A DNA stretch of 64,000 nucleotides from an uncultured Spirochaetota bacterium (GCA_963768055.1 CAVYGN010000001.1:256001-320000); one strand, 5' to 3'; counted from the first letter of the stretch, positions 30,812 to 42,213 are shown. Numbers and translations: made by a program. Notes: generated from the letters alone by a model not told the origin.

Positions 30812-33800
30812 ATGAATGTTAAAAAGAACGTCCCTAAAGAGACGGTTGAACTTCTCATCGTCGAGGACAGCCTTACCCAGGCCGAAAAATTGAAATACCT
30901 GCTGGAACAGGAACATTATAAGGTATCGGTAGCAAACAACGGCAAACAGGCCCTGCTGCTCTTTGACAAACGGAAGCCGTCATTGGTCATCAGCGACATC
31001 ATTATGCCGGATATGAACGGCTACGAAATATGCAGACAGATAAAATCGGACACGGGCAAGGATGAAATCCCGGTGATACTGCTGACTTCCCTTTCTAGTG
31101 CAGATGACGTGCTTGAAGGGCTGGCCTGCGGAGCAGATAATTTTATCACCAAGCCCTACAATGAAGATTACCTCCTTGCAAGTATCCGGCAAATCCTTGC
31201 CAACAAAAGACTGCATAAAGATGAACGCATACGTATCGGTGTGGAATTTATTTTTGCAGGGAAGAAGCGCTTCATCACCGCAGACCATCAGCAGATGCTC
31301 ACACTGCTTATTTCAACGTATGAAGCGGCAGTCCAAAAAAATAAAGAACTGGCGAAGACCCAGGAAGAAATTCGGTCGATAAACGAAAATCTGGAAGACA
31401 TGGTGGAAAAAAGAACGGCGGCGCTTACTTCTGAAAACCAATTACGAAAAAAAGCCGATGAACGCATCCGCAAGTTGAACCGCATTTATGCCACATTGAG
31501 CAATATTAACCAGGCTATTGTACGTGTCCGTGAACCGCAAGCACTATTTGAGGAAGCATGTCGAATTGCGATAGATGAGGGCGGTTTTAAAATGGCCTGG
31601 ATAGGATTGGTTGATCCGGTTACCGGAAATGCAAACCCGGCCGCAAGCGCCGGTATTACAGCCGGCTATCTGGAGAAAGTCCCTATAGTGAAGGGTAATG
31701 ATGTACATAGAATCGGTCCCATCGGACTCGTATTGAAATCCGGGGAACATTTCGTATGTAATAATATGGAAAAAGACCCGTGTATGGCGTCCTGGTGCCT
31801 GAGTCCGTCAACCCCGGACTTCCAATCATTGGCGGCATTTCCTCTGAAGGTGTCCGGCCAGATTCGCGGGGTGTTTATATTGATAGCCTTAGAACCTGAC
31901 TTTTTTGATGAAGAGGAACTCAAGCTTCTGGATGAACTGTCTTCGGACATTTCCTTTGCCATGGAGTTCGCAGTAAACGAGGCACAGCGCAAGCTGGTTG
32001 AAAGCGTGCTAAAAGAAAGCGAGGAAAAATTCCGGCGCATCTTTGAAAATATACAGGAAGTGTACTTTGAAGTATCTTACGACGGTAAGGTCATCGAGAT
32101 CAGCCCTTCCATAGAGATTTTAACGAAAGGGCAGTATCACCGCAATGATTTTATTGGAAACTTGCTGTACAAAGTATGGGCTGATGACGGTGACCGGCAG
32201 GTATTTCGTTCGGCATTACTGGAGCGCGGAAGTGTTGTGGATTATCAAGTTACCCTGAAGAACCGCGACGGTTCATTGATTTTCTGCTCTGTGTCGGCTA
32301 AGATGCGTTTTAAAACTCCCGGAAATCCGGAAACGATTATAGGCAGTATACGCGATATAACAAAACGCAAACAGGCAGAAGAAGAGATAAAGGCTTCCGA
32401 ACTTCGATACCACCGTCTTTTCGAATCGGCTAAGGAATCGGAAGAAAAATTCAGGACTATTTTTGATAACGCAAGCGACGGGATTTTCCTTATCAATCTT
32501 GATAACAATAAATTTATACTGTGCAATAATGCTTGCGCCGGAATGCTGGGCTATACGAAAGAGGAGTTTATCAATTTAAATATCGATGCTATTCATCCGG
32601 CAGAGGAATTATCTTATATCAATGAACAAATCTGGAAATTCTTCCGGGGTGAAATGGGAATTCGCAGCGATATAAGTTTTAAGAGGAAAGACGGTAGTAT
32701 TATTTTCGCCGACCTCAACCCCGCAATGATTACAATTTCCGGGGTAAGATGTTTAATTATTATATTCAGGGACATCACCGAACGCAAGCGCACTGAAAAA
32801 AAACTAATCGAGTACCGGGATCATCTGGAAGAAATTGTAAAGAAGCGTACGGCCGAACTTACAATAAGGGGAAAAGAATTAAAACAAGCCAGTGAACAAG
32901 CTGAGGCAGCAAATAAAGCAAAGACAACCTTTCTCTCCAGCATGTCCCATGAAATCCGTACCCCTCTGAATGCGATACTCGGCTTTTCACAATTGATGCT
33001 GAGAAATGAATCTTTGACAGACCAATATAAAGAATGGCTCCAGACCATCAATCGCTCGGGCGAGCACCTGTTGTACCTGATAAACGATATCCTGGAAATA
33101 TCGAGGATTGAAACCGGAAGAGCGTCGCTCAATCCGGACATTTTTAATTTAAGAGAATTACTGGATGACCTTGAAAAAATGTTCCATTCCCAGATAATTG
33201 AGAAAAATTTGTTATTGTTCATGGAAATCGCCCCTGATCTACCCCGATTTATCGAGCTGGACGGAAATAAACTGCGGCAGATATTTATCAATCTAGTAGG
33301 GAATGCAGTCAAATTTACCGATGAGGGGAAAATAACAGTCCGGGTGTTTACAAAAAAGATAAAGAACAAAAAAATGCGCCTTTTTGCAGAAGTGGAAGAT
33401 ACCGGTCCCGGCATACCACTGGAAGATATGGAAAAGATTTTTGAAAAATTCGAAAGGACAGCCATCAGCATCAGAAAAGGCGGTACCGGCCTCGGACTAT
33501 CCATCAGCCGGCAGTTCGTCCGCATGATGGGAGGGGATATTACTGTTACAAGCGGCAAAAGTAAGGGAAGTATTTTCCATCTTGAGCTGGACTGCAAGGA
33601 AAGAAAAGAAAACGTGTTGAAAGTAAAATCAGGGGAAAGGCCTATAACCGGTCTGAAGGAAAATCAGGCTACTTACAGGATATTGATCGCTGACGACGAG
33701 CCCGCGAACCGGATGCTTTTAAAGGAATTATTGAGCGAAACCGGATTCGAGGTCAATGAAGCATCCGACGGTATGGACGCGGTAAAGAAATTTAAAGAAA

Positions 33801-34288
33801 GAACGCCGGACCTCGTTTTCCTCGATATAAGAATGCCGGCGATGGACGGTTATGAAGCGATAAAAAAAATGAAATTCCTGCAAAAGAATATCCCTGTCAT
33901 CGCAGTTTCAGCTTCCGCTTTTGATGATAACAGAAAAAAAATGATGGACGCCGGTTTCGACGGGTATATAAGGAAACCGTATAAACTACAAGAAATTTAT
34001 TATGTCCTGGAATCAAAACTGGGAGTCGAGTACACTTATGAGAAAGTCTCCTCGAGCAGAGCGTATAAAGCCGGGATTATCACTGAGGAAGAACTGAAAA
34101 ACCTGCCGGAAAACCTTGCCGTTCGGATGCTTGGTGCGACGGAAAGGGTCGATCTGGACCAGCTGCTTGAATTGATAGATGAAGCCGGTAAAGAGTCTCC
34201 GGGGCTCTCCCCGAAACTCCGGGCAATGGCAAAAAGCTATAGGTATGATGAATTAAAAAAAATTCTGAAAAGCAGGGGAAAAATATGA
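30812..34288 (+). CDS. Hybrid sensor histidine kinase REC-GAF-PAS-PAS-HisKA-HATPase-REC
   Basis: SDIIMP; GAF; DITKRK/DITERK PAC ends; MSHEIRTPLN; NLVGNAVKFT; GGTGLGL; LDIRMP. Confidence 0.9.
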   Translation: MNVKKNVPKETVELLIVEDSLTQAEKLKYLLEQEHYKVSVANNGKQALLLFDKRKPSLVISDIIMPDMNGYEICRQIKSDTGKDEIPVILLTSLSSADDVLEGLACGADNFITKPYNEDYLLASIRQILANKRLHKDERIRIGVEFIFAGKKRFITADHQQMLTLLISTYEAAVQKNKELAKTQEEIRSINENLEDMVEKRTAALTSENQLRKKADERIRKLNRIYATLSNINQAIVRVREPQALFEEACRIAIDEGGFKMAWIGLVDPVTGNANPAASAGITAGYLEKVPIVKGNDVHRIGPIGLVLKSGEHFVCNNMEKDPCMASWCLSPSTPDFQSLAAFPLKVSGQIRGVFILIALEPDFFDEEELKLLDELSSDISFAMEFAVNEAQRKLVESVLKESEEKFRRIFENIQEVYFEVSYDGKVIEISPSIEILTKGQYHRNDFIGNLLYKVWADDGDRQVFRSALLERGSVVDYQVTLKNRDGSLIFCSVSAKMRFKTPGNPETIIGSIRDITKRKQAEEEIKASELRYHRLFESAKESEEKFRTIFDNASDGIFLINLDNNKFILCNNACAGMLGYTKEEFINLNIDAIHPAEELSYINEQIWKFFRGEMGIRSDISFKRKDGSIIFADLNPAMITISGVRCLIIIFRDITERKRTEKKLIEYRDHLEEIVKKRTAELTIRGKELKQASEQAEAANKAKTTFLSSMSHEIRTPLNAILGFSQLMLRNESLTDQYKEWLQTINRSGEHLLYLINDILEISRIETGRASLNPDIFNLRELLDDLEKMFHSQIIEKNLLLFMEIAPDLPRFIELDGNKLRQIFINLVGNAVKFTDEGKITVRVFTKKIKNKKMRLFAEVEDTGPGIPLEDMEKIFEKFERTAISIRKGGTGLGLSISRQFVRMMGGDITVTSGKSKGSIFHLELDCKERKENVLKVKSGERPITGLKENQATYRILIADDEPANRMLLKELLSETGFEVNEASDGMDAVKKFKERTPDLVFLDIRMPAMDGYEAIKKMKFLQKNIPVIAVSASAFDDNRKKMMDAGFDGYIRKPYKLQEIYYVLESKLGVEYTYEKVSSSRAYKAGIITEEELKNLPENLAVRMLGATERVDLDQLLELIDEAGKESPGLSPKLRAMAKSYRYDELKKILKSRGKI

Positions 34289-35379
34289 GTTCGGATATTT
34301 TAAGGAATAAAACACCTGATATTATGATTGTGGACGACGAACCGGCGAACCTGCAGATCCTGGCTGAAATCCTGAAGATGAAAGGATATAAAGTCCGCCC
34401 GGCGGCTAGCGGAAAACCGGCGCTCCAGGGCGCAGGATTAGAACCGCCGGACCTTATCCTTCTGGATATTAATATGCCGGACATGAGCGGCTACGATATG
34501 TGCACATTGCTTAAAAAGGATGCAAAATTATGCGAAATTCCCGTGATATTCATCAGCGGAATGAGCGAAACCATAGATAAGGTTAAAGCCTTTGCTGCCG
34601 GCGGAGTCGACTATGTGACAAAGCCTTTTCATTACGAGGAAGTCCAGGCCAGGGTGGAAACACACCTGAAGCTCCACTTCCTGCAGATGGAACTGGAAAA
34701 ACACAATAAAAAACTTGAAGAGCTCGTACTGTCTCAGGTAAAAGAGATCTCGGAATCGCAAATGGCGACCATTTTCGCCCTTGCTAAACTGGCCGAGTCG
34801 CGCGACGACGACACGGGCAAACATCAGGAGCGCGTACAGGCTCTCTGCGGGATACTTTGCGGTCAGATGTCGGAAAAAAAGGAATTCAAAATATGGATTG
34901 ACGAATCCTTTATCAAGGATATGATACATGCCAGCCCTCTCCATGATATAGGAAAGGTGGCCATTCCCGATAGCATCCTGCTTAAACCCGGCAGGCACAC
35001 CCAGGAAGAGTTTAAAATCATGAAAACCCATGCGACATTGGGAGCTGAGACGCTCAGACAGGTCCGGATGAAATACCCCCATAACTCATTCATCAATATG
35101 GGTGTTGAAATAGCGCATTTTCACCATGAGCGGTGGGATGGAAAGGGCTATCCCGAAGGGCTATCCGGGGAAAAAATTCCGCTCTGCGCCAGAATCATGG
35201 CTGTTGTGGATGTTTACGACGCACTCCGGTCCAGGCGCTGTTATAAAGAACCTGTTTATCATGAAGAAAGCTGCGGCATCATAGTGAAAGAAAGCGGAAT
35301 GCAGTTTGATCCCGGGATTGTAGAAGCGTTCAGTGAAATAAATGATCGTTTCGATAAAATTTCCGGCGATCTAATATAA
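34285..35379 (+). CDS. Response regulator with HD-GYP phosphodiesterase (RpfG-like)
   Basis: REC; LHDIGK, HHERWDGKGYP, DVYDALRS.RCYK. Confidence 0.92.
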   Translation: MSSDILRNKTPDIMIVDDEPANLQILAEILKMKGYKVRPAASGKPALQGAGLEPPDLILLDINMPDMSGYDMCTLLKKDAKLCEIPVIFISGMSETIDKVKAFAAGGVDYVTKPFHYEEVQARVETHLKLHFLQMELEKHNKKLEELVLSQVKEISESQMATIFALAKLAESRDDDTGKHQERVQALCGILCGQMSEKKEFKIWIDESFIKDMIHASPLHDIGKVAIPDSILLKPGRHTQEEFKIMKTHATLGAETLRQVRMKYPHNSFINMGVEIAHFHHERWDGKGYPEGLSGEKIPLCARIMAVVDVYDALRSRRCYKEPVYHEESCGIIVKESGMQFDPGIVEAFSEINDRFDKISGDLI

Positions 35380-35390
35380 AGGTTGGAATT

Positions 35391-36923
35391 ATGAATGATG
35401 AAAATAATAGATCAAAACAGCCTTCCGTGATGATTGTCGACGATACGCCGGACAACCTGAACCTGCTATCTGCCATTCTTAAGGAATGCGGGTATCATGC
35501 CCGCCCTGCGCCCGGTGGAAAGCTGGCCCTGGCGGCCATAAATTCGGACCTTCCCGACCTGATCCTTCTGGACATAGTGATGCCAGATATGGACGGATTC
35601 GAGGTCTGCCGTGTCCTTAAAAGCAACAGGAAAACAAAAGATATCCCCATAATATTTCTTACAGCCCTGGACCGCCGGGAGGATGAAGAAAAGGGTTTGA
35701 AATTAGGCGCGGTGGATTATATCACAAAGCCGTTCAATAGCGAGGTAGTAAAGGCCCGCGTCAATACGCACCTCCAGCTGAAGTACCATCAGGAAAGGCT
35801 TGAACATATTGTAAGTGAGCGCACTGCAGAACTGATAAAGACCAATAAAGACCTCCTTTTAGAAATAGACGAAAGGAGGCGTACGGAAGAGGAATTAAAA
35901 TTCAGGAATGTAATTTTAACGACACAGGAGGAAGCTTCGATCGACGGCATCCTTATCGTTGACGGAAATGGAAAAATGATATCAATGAACTCACGTTTTA
36001 TAAAGATGTGGGGCATTCCGCCTGAAGTTGTGGCATCGAAATCCGATGAAAAAGCCCTTAATTCGATTATAACCAAGCTAGCCGACCAGGAGCAATTTCT
36101 GAATAAAGTACGTTTTCTGTATGAGCATCATAACGAGACAAGCCGGGATATAATAATCCTTAACGACGGCTCATATTTTGACCGTTATTCGGCCCCGATG
36201 GTCGGCCTTAACGGGACTTATTACGGACGAGTCTGGTATTTCCGCGATATCACGGAGCATATTAAGGATGAAAAAATCAGCAAGGATTCTTTAATGGAAA
36301 AGGAAGCTCTGATCAAGGAACTCTACCACCGGACTTACAACAATATGCAGGTCATAAGTTCTATGCTGAATGCCCAGGCTTATTATTTTAAAGATGAAAA
36401 AGTAATAACCGTGTTCCATGAAATGTCGGACAGGATCAACTCTATGGCTAAGGTTCATCAGAAACTCTATCAATCGAAGGACCTGTCAAGCATAAACCTC
36501 AGGGAATATATCATTGAAATATCCGGCCTTCTGGTGCAGAGCTATTCCGGACAGGAAAATAAGATCGGCGTCAGCATGGATCTTGATGATGAGAAAGTAC
36601 TTATGGACACAGCCGTCCCTTGCGGCCTTATCATAAATGAACTGATGACGAACGCCCTAAAATACGCTTTTCCGGCCGGCAGGAAGGGCATGATAAAAAT
36701 CTCGCTCCATAGGATGGATAATGAAAATCTGGAATTGCGGGTATCCGATAATGGAATCGGAGTCAATAGGGATTTTGACGCTAAAACAAACCGGGGAATG
36801 GGCCTGAATATTATTTATGATATAGCCGAAAAACAGCTTGCCGGAAAAGTGAGCTTTGAATCTGGCGATGGATTGACCGCTGTAATCCGGTTCAATGACA
36901 AACTATATCATAAAAGAATTTAA
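35391..36923 (+). CDS. REC-PAS-HisKA_2 histidine kinase
   Basis: REC; PAS (GRVWYFRDIT); ELYHRTYNNMQVISS; NELMTNALKYAF. Confidence 0.88.
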   Translation: MNDENNRSKQPSVMIVDDTPDNLNLLSAILKECGYHARPAPGGKLALAAINSDLPDLILLDIVMPDMDGFEVCRVLKSNRKTKDIPIIFLTALDRREDEEKGLKLGAVDYITKPFNSEVVKARVNTHLQLKYHQERLEHIVSERTAELIKTNKDLLLEIDERRRTEEELKFRNVILTTQEEASIDGILIVDGNGKMISMNSRFIKMWGIPPEVVASKSDEKALNSIITKLADQEQFLNKVRFLYEHHNETSRDIIILNDGSYFDRYSAPMVGLNGTYYGRVWYFRDITEHIKDEKISKDSLMEKEALIKELYHRTYNNMQVISSMLNAQAYYFKDEKVITVFHEMSDRINSMAKVHQKLYQSKDLSSINLREYIIEISGLLVQSYSGQENKIGVSMDLDDEKVLMDTAVPCGLIINELMTNALKYAFPAGRKGMIKISLHRMDNENLELRVSDNGIGVNRDFDAKTNRGMGLNIIYDIAEKQLAGKVSFESGDGLTAVIRFNDKLYHKRI

Positions 36924-36945
36924 AAAATGTTTATGGAGACTGCGA

Positions 36946-38310
36946 ATGAACAATTTTTTTGATTTTCTGAGTAATCCAGACTCTCAGTTCGTATTTATCT
37001 TACTGCTTTTTATAATAGGAGCCGCGATTGTTTTCTTTATCATTCTAAAGATGATCAATAAAAATCTATCGATTTCTGTAATTGAAAAAGCGGTCAATGA
37101 AAAAAACTATAAGCAGGCTCTCGAATCGGCTTTCAAATATTTAAAGTCAAAATCATCCAACTATTTTATTTATTATTACATGGGCAAGGCATACGAGGGC
37201 CTTTTTCAATACCATATGGCGATCGAATCCTATGAGAAGTCGCTGGTTCAGGTTGGTAAAACATCCGCGCAGAGTAGAGGTGTTGAAATACAATTGAAAC
37301 TGGCTAATCTATTCCGCATTATTAAAAAATTCGATTCGGCCTTCGGATATTATAAAATGGTTCTGACAAAACAATCTAATAATAAGGACGCCCTCTGGAA
37401 TATAGCCGGGCTTTATTTTGAACAGAAGAAATATGTCCCGGCCAAGCAGTGCCTGGAAAAAATCACAGTCCTTCAGCCTAAATTCGGCAAGGCAAAGTTA
37501 TTACTTGCAAAAATTTATTTCCAGCTTGGCGAATATCAGAAATCTATTGTTGAGCTTAAGAAATTCTTTGCAGTGAATGATGAGGTATCCCTGACTGTTG
37601 GCAGTGAAACCTCCCTTCTGCTGGCAGATAATTATATCGCTTCAAAGCGGTACGGTGATGCTATCAAAACATTAAAGCCGCTATTGAATGATAAAAATGC
37701 TTCAGGGACTATATTATTAAAAGTAGTAACATGCCTTATCAAAGACAATAAATCCGAAGAGGCGATAGCGCTGACTGAGGACTACCTGCTCCGTATACCG
37801 GTCCTGGAAAGATGCGGAATCCTTTATACGATCGGATCAGCATACAAAGATATCGGGGAAATTTATAAAGCGATTTTAGTCTGGAAGGCTGCTTACAGCC
37901 TTAACCCGAATTATCTTGATCTGAACAATATATTTTCACGCTATAGTAAATTGGTAAACAATCCATGGCTTGAAAGCTATTTTACTTCAAACGACTTTAC
38001 TTTTGAGAAATACGTTCGCAGGAAACTTGAAATTTTCATGCAGGATAATCTGATAGAAAAACAGCAAATATTCTGGATTTTTAAAAATGGGAATAACTGC
38101 TCAGTACTATACAGGCCGCCGGAAATCATAAGCCTGCTCTCGCTGGAGAGGATTGAGGACTTCTTCAACAGTACCGGTTATTCCAATATCTCCATCGATC
38201 TTTACACCCTTTTCGGGGTGGAAGTTGACGGAAAGACAAAGAGCCTTTTTTATAAAAAAATCAAGGAAATTTCCGAGGATGGTTTTCTGCATGTTTTTAA
38301 TAAAGATTAG
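36946..38310 (+). CDS. Membrane-anchored TPR protein
   Basis: N-terminal TM, multiple TPR-like helical repeats; start after GGAG RBS. Confidence 0.75.
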   Translation: MNNFFDFLSNPDSQFVFILLLFIIGAAIVFFIILKMINKNLSISVIEKAVNEKNYKQALESAFKYLKSKSSNYFIYYYMGKAYEGLFQYHMAIESYEKSLVQVGKTSAQSRGVEIQLKLANLFRIIKKFDSAFGYYKMVLTKQSNNKDALWNIAGLYFEQKKYVPAKQCLEKITVLQPKFGKAKLLLAKIYFQLGEYQKSIVELKKFFAVNDEVSLTVGSETSLLLADNYIASKRYGDAIKTLKPLLNDKNASGTILLKVVTCLIKDNKSEEAIALTEDYLLRIPVLERCGILYTIGSAYKDIGEIYKAILVWKAAYSLNPNYLDLNNIFSRYSKLVNNPWLESYFTSNDFTFEKYVRRKLEIFMQDNLIEKQQIFWIFKNGNNCSVLYRPPEIISLLSLERIEDFFNSTGYSNISIDLYTLFGVEVDGKTKSLFYKKIKEISEDGFLHVFNKD

Positions 38311-38348
38311 ACTGTCAGTAAAAGAATGAAAAGGGGAGGAAATATTAT

Positions 38349-39038
38349 ATGCTGAAAAGGAAAATACTCATTGTGGAAGACGAGATCATGATAGCAAGAG
38401 AAATAGAACGACTGCTTGAAAACCTGGGTTACGAAACAGCTGAAATTGCCGGATCGGGAGAAGAAGTAATTGAAGAGGTTAAAAAAGGAGATGTCGATCT
38501 GATCCTTATGGATATAGTCATTAAGGGAGAGCAGGACGGCATACAGACAGCCCAGACTATACAGGAACAATTTGATATCCCGGTCATTTTTTTGACCGCA
38601 TATTTCGACGATAATACACGGGAACGGGCTAAACTAACGGAACCCTTCGGGTATATCATAAAACCTGTTCAGAAGAAGGAACTGCAGATAGCGATTGAAA
38701 TGGCATTTTATAAGCATCAGGCAAACGCTCTTATAAAAAAAGAAAAGGAATGGCTCCATACAATCATTGACAGCATCAAGGACGGCCTGATAGCAGTGGA
38801 TACCGACGACAAAATAAAGTTCATCAATATACAGGCCGCTTCACTCTGCGGATACAGCCCTGAAGAAGCGGCCGGAAAAGAACTGGGAGATATCCTGAAG
38901 ATGAAGATAAGCGACTCGAGCAATGAAGCATCGCTTATTCATAAAAACGGAGAAAAAAAAAGCATATCATATTTCCTTAAAGACACTTTTGATAAAAAAG
39001 GGGAGCGAATCGGCGCAGTAATATTTTTCAATGCTTAG
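38349..39038 (+). CDS. Response regulator REC-PAS without output domain
   Basis: ILIVEDE, LILMDI, IPVIFLTA, TEPFGYIIKP; C-terminal PAS. Confidence 0.85.
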   Translation: MLKRKILIVEDEIMIAREIERLLENLGYETAEIAGSGEEVIEEVKKGDVDLILMDIVIKGEQDGIQTAQTIQEQFDIPVIFLTAYFDDNTRERAKLTEPFGYIIKPVQKKELQIAIEMAFYKHQANALIKKEKEWLHTIIDSIKDGLIAVDTDDKIKFINIQAASLCGYSPEEAAGKELGDILKMKISDSSNEASLIHKNGEKKSISYFLKDTFDKKGERIGAVIFFNA

Positions 39039-39114
39039 TACTACCCCGCCGGTAAAGTAATGAAGAGAGGCAGCCCAACCCCTTCAGGTCATATGTCCCT
39101 TCTTATTGATTGGG

Positions 39115-39609
39115 TCACCCAATATTAAAACAATATCCCGCCTCTGTATATTTTTTATTCCCAAGTATTATTTCTTTATATTTTTTTTCGATTCCGCCAT
39201 GTTTTTTATAAAAGTTATTAAATTTTGTCGTACTTAATGTCCATACGATTAATTTTTTTCGGTTATTCTTTTTAAAGTAAGAAACCATTTTATTAAATAA
39301 CTTTGAACCTATTCCTTTATTCTGGCAATCAGGATCGACATAAAATTCGATTATTTCCGAATCATATTCCGACAGCCTCAGTTTGCCGGAAATAAAACCT
39401 GCTATTTTATTATTTTGTTCATAAACGAATGCTTTAATTAAATTAAAATTGATTTCTTTAGTAAGATTTTTTGTATATTTATTTTCATTATATTTTAATT
39501 CCATCAAAATGTCAGGATAATTTTTACTGGTAAATACTTCTTTTTTCCAAACTTTAGTAATTATTGAAGTCATTGAATTAATATCGTCTGCAGCAGCTTC
39601 TCTGATCAT
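39115..39609 (-). CDS. GNAT acetyltransferase
   Basis: MIREA...D, YVDPDCQNKGIGSKL, FYKKHGG; AT-rich. Confidence 0.85.
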   Translation of the reverse strand: MIREAAADDINSMTSIITKVWKKEVFTSKNYPDILMELKYNENKYTKNLTKEINFNLIKAFVYEQNNKIAGFISGKLRLSEYDSEIIEFYVDPDCQNKGIGSKLFNKMVSYFKKNNRKKLIVWTLSTTKFNNFYKKHGGIEKKYKEIILGNKKYTEAGYCFNIG

Positions 39610-39908
39610 ATTCTATTACTCCGGATTTACGGAACTAAACAGACACGCTAAATTTTAAAAACATTTAACATATATAATACTGATCCTTATTTCCCGGTAA
39701 GTCAAGATGAAAATTATTATATTTTTGTCATGATGTTCATTAAAGCTGACAAATCATTTGTTTATTATGAAACAAGTTTTTTAAAAATTTATGACTTAAG
39801 GGCGCCTCTAAAATACCCTGCGGGCACAAGCCCTTCGGATAGGAATCCACTAACGGGGACAGGGCGCCCCATAGGCAAATTTATAGAATTAAGCAATAAA
39901 TTATTTAT

Positions 39909-41912
39909 TTAAGGTAAAATTCTTGAGTTATTAATACTGCCCTTAATACACTCTTTCGGCTCGCTGAAATAAAACCCCTGGGAATAATCAATACCCAGTT
40001 CCAGGCATTTTTCATACACTTCTTTGGAATGGACGAATTCCGCTATGGTCAAAATACCGAGTTCTTTCGCGGCGTTGACTATCATTTTCGCAATAATGTA
40101 ACTTTCTCGATCTTTATCGATGTTCTTTATTATGGAAGCGTCGATCTTGATATAATCGACTTTCAGTTTGATGATATATTCAAAATTCGAATAACCGGCG
40201 CCGAAATCATCTATGGCGAACTTGCACCCCAAAGCTTTAACTTCACTGATAAAATCGGTCATAACTTTAAAATTGAAAATGCCCTCCGATTCAGTTATCT
40301 CAAAGACCGTGCGGCGGGCAATGCCGGCATTTCGGTAGAGCATATGTTTAATGAGACGGTTCGTATCCTGGTTTAGGATATCTTTTACCGTAAGATTGAT
40401 CGAAAACTCGTCGGCGGTATCTTTAAAAATTCTGAAAGCCTTTTTGATTACGATGCTCGTTATCTGGCTATAAAGCCTGATTTTCTGAGCTATAACGAGA
40501 AAATTATACGGACCGATCACTTCCCCATCGGTATCAATCATTCTGACAAGGCATTCATAATTACTGACTTTTCCGTTTTTATTATTGACAATCGGCTGGT
40601 AGTAGACTGTAATACGGTCATCTTTTAATGCTTTCTTCAATTTGTCTGCCCACAGGATATTTTTCTCATATTCCTTATTGATCTCCATTGATTCCTCATA
40701 AACAAGGAAGGATTTTTTAATTTTTTTAGCCTCTTTGAGCACCATATCGGCGTTATTGATAATTTTGCTCTTCAGGGAATTAGCTGAAGAGTATTTATCC
40801 AGGCAGCTATAATCGGCAACACCGATCGTAACGCGGATATTGATTTCATGATTTTCAAATATAAAAACATTGTCATTAATCAGTTCAAACAGGTATTGAA
40901 CAATATAGTCAACCGATTTTCTGCTGGAATAGGTCGAGTCCAGCGGCAAATCCATTAATATGGCAAATTCATCCCCATGCATTTTATAGATATGATAATC
41001 ATAGCCGAAAGACAGCTTATTCAATCGGGCGGACATTTCCAGCAGGATATAATCCCCCGCTTCGTTCCCAAAAAAATCATTGATCTCTTTAAAAGAATCT
41101 ATATTGATCAGGAGTATCAGGGGATTTTTCATATTCTCAATATCCAAGATAAGTTTTTCACGGTTAGGCTGTCCGGTCAGTGAGTCGGTATAAAGCCTTC
41201 GGGAAAGCGACTCTTTTAAATCAACAAATTTATTGATCAGTGAGCCGTTCATGGATAAAATGAGTATCAGAAAAGCATATTCCATAGTATAAATGAAAAC
41301 ATATATTTTATTTGAAACCATGACATCGTTCATAATAAAGAAGAAAAAAACAACCAATGCGCCGATTATCGGCCTTGTATATTTGTTATAATCCGATTTA
41401 TTTGTTTTTATCAGGGCATAGAGAAATAGAAAATAACATAAAATCTGAAATGCATATTCGATAATATAAATTATGCCGGGAGTCGCTTCATAGTATGTGA
41501 ATTTGCGGTTAAATATTGAAAAATGCTTTATGGCCGTGTTGTTTATTGAAAATGTCAGGTCGTTCTGGACAAAAATGCCTAATAAGAATAAAACCAGGTT
41601 TATTATTATAAAACAAATAAGAAATGGTTTATATTTTTTTCCCAATAAATAATAAATAAACAAACCCAGGGCGATGCTGATGAAATTCGTAATGGAAAGC
41701 TGAAGCCTTTGCCAGATAATTCCCTGCTCAAGGGAATTTGAATTATAGAGACCGGAACAGAATATATCGTATATACAGACAGTTACTGACAAAAAAGCGA
41801 ACGCAAAATATTCCATTTCTTTCCGTTGCTTCAGGTAGAGGAAAAAATGGTATATTGCGGTATAGAAGCAGACCGCAGCCATTAAGAGAGGCGGTATAGA
41901 TAATATAGACAT
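39909..41912 (-). CDS. Membrane sensor GGDEF(degenerate)-EAL phosphodiesterase
   Basis: About 7 TMs; HGDEF; YQPIV, ECLVR, SINL, FEITE, IDDFGAGYSN, IKID, SQGFYF. Confidence 0.88.
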   Translation of the reverse strand: MSILSIPPLLMAAVCFYTAIYHFFLYLKQRKEMEYFAFAFLSVTVCIYDIFCSGLYNSNSLEQGIIWQRLQLSITNFISIALGLFIYYLLGKKYKPFLICFIIINLVLFLLGIFVQNDLTFSINNTAIKHFSIFNRKFTYYEATPGIIYIIEYAFQILCYFLFLYALIKTNKSDYNKYTRPIIGALVVFFFFIMNDVMVSNKIYVFIYTMEYAFLILILSMNGSLINKFVDLKESLSRRLYTDSLTGQPNREKLILDIENMKNPLILLINIDSFKEINDFFGNEAGDYILLEMSARLNKLSFGYDYHIYKMHGDEFAILMDLPLDSTYSSRKSVDYIVQYLFELINDNVFIFENHEINIRVTIGVADYSCLDKYSSANSLKSKIINNADMVLKEAKKIKKSFLVYEESMEINKEYEKNILWADKLKKALKDDRITVYYQPIVNNKNGKVSNYECLVRMIDTDGEVIGPYNFLVIAQKIRLYSQITSIVIKKAFRIFKDTADEFSINLTVKDILNQDTNRLIKHMLYRNAGIARRTVFEITESEGIFNFKVMTDFISEVKALGCKFAIDDFGAGYSNFEYIIKLKVDYIKIDASIIKNIDKDRESYIIAKMIVNAAKELGILTIAEFVHSKEVYEKCLELGIDYSQGFYFSEPKECIKGSINNSRILP

Positions 41913-42213
41913 ATACTCTATTATAAATAATATTTATAAAATATCAATACTTCAGTCAATTAATTGTTGTTGAAAAATAATTATTCATTGGCCTTTTTTG
42001 TGGTACCGTCTATCTTTTCAATTTTATCCGGTGCAGTATTATCCCCGAGGACTCCGGGATGGATGTTCAGAACTTATTTCACCCTTCATTACATGCACGT
42101 TTTTTTGAATAAAATCCATATCCATGCCATAATATGGACTGATAGGATTTATTAATCTTTCCTTTCCGAATTATTCCAATCAATATATTTTCTTATCAGC
42201 CGGGAGATTATGA

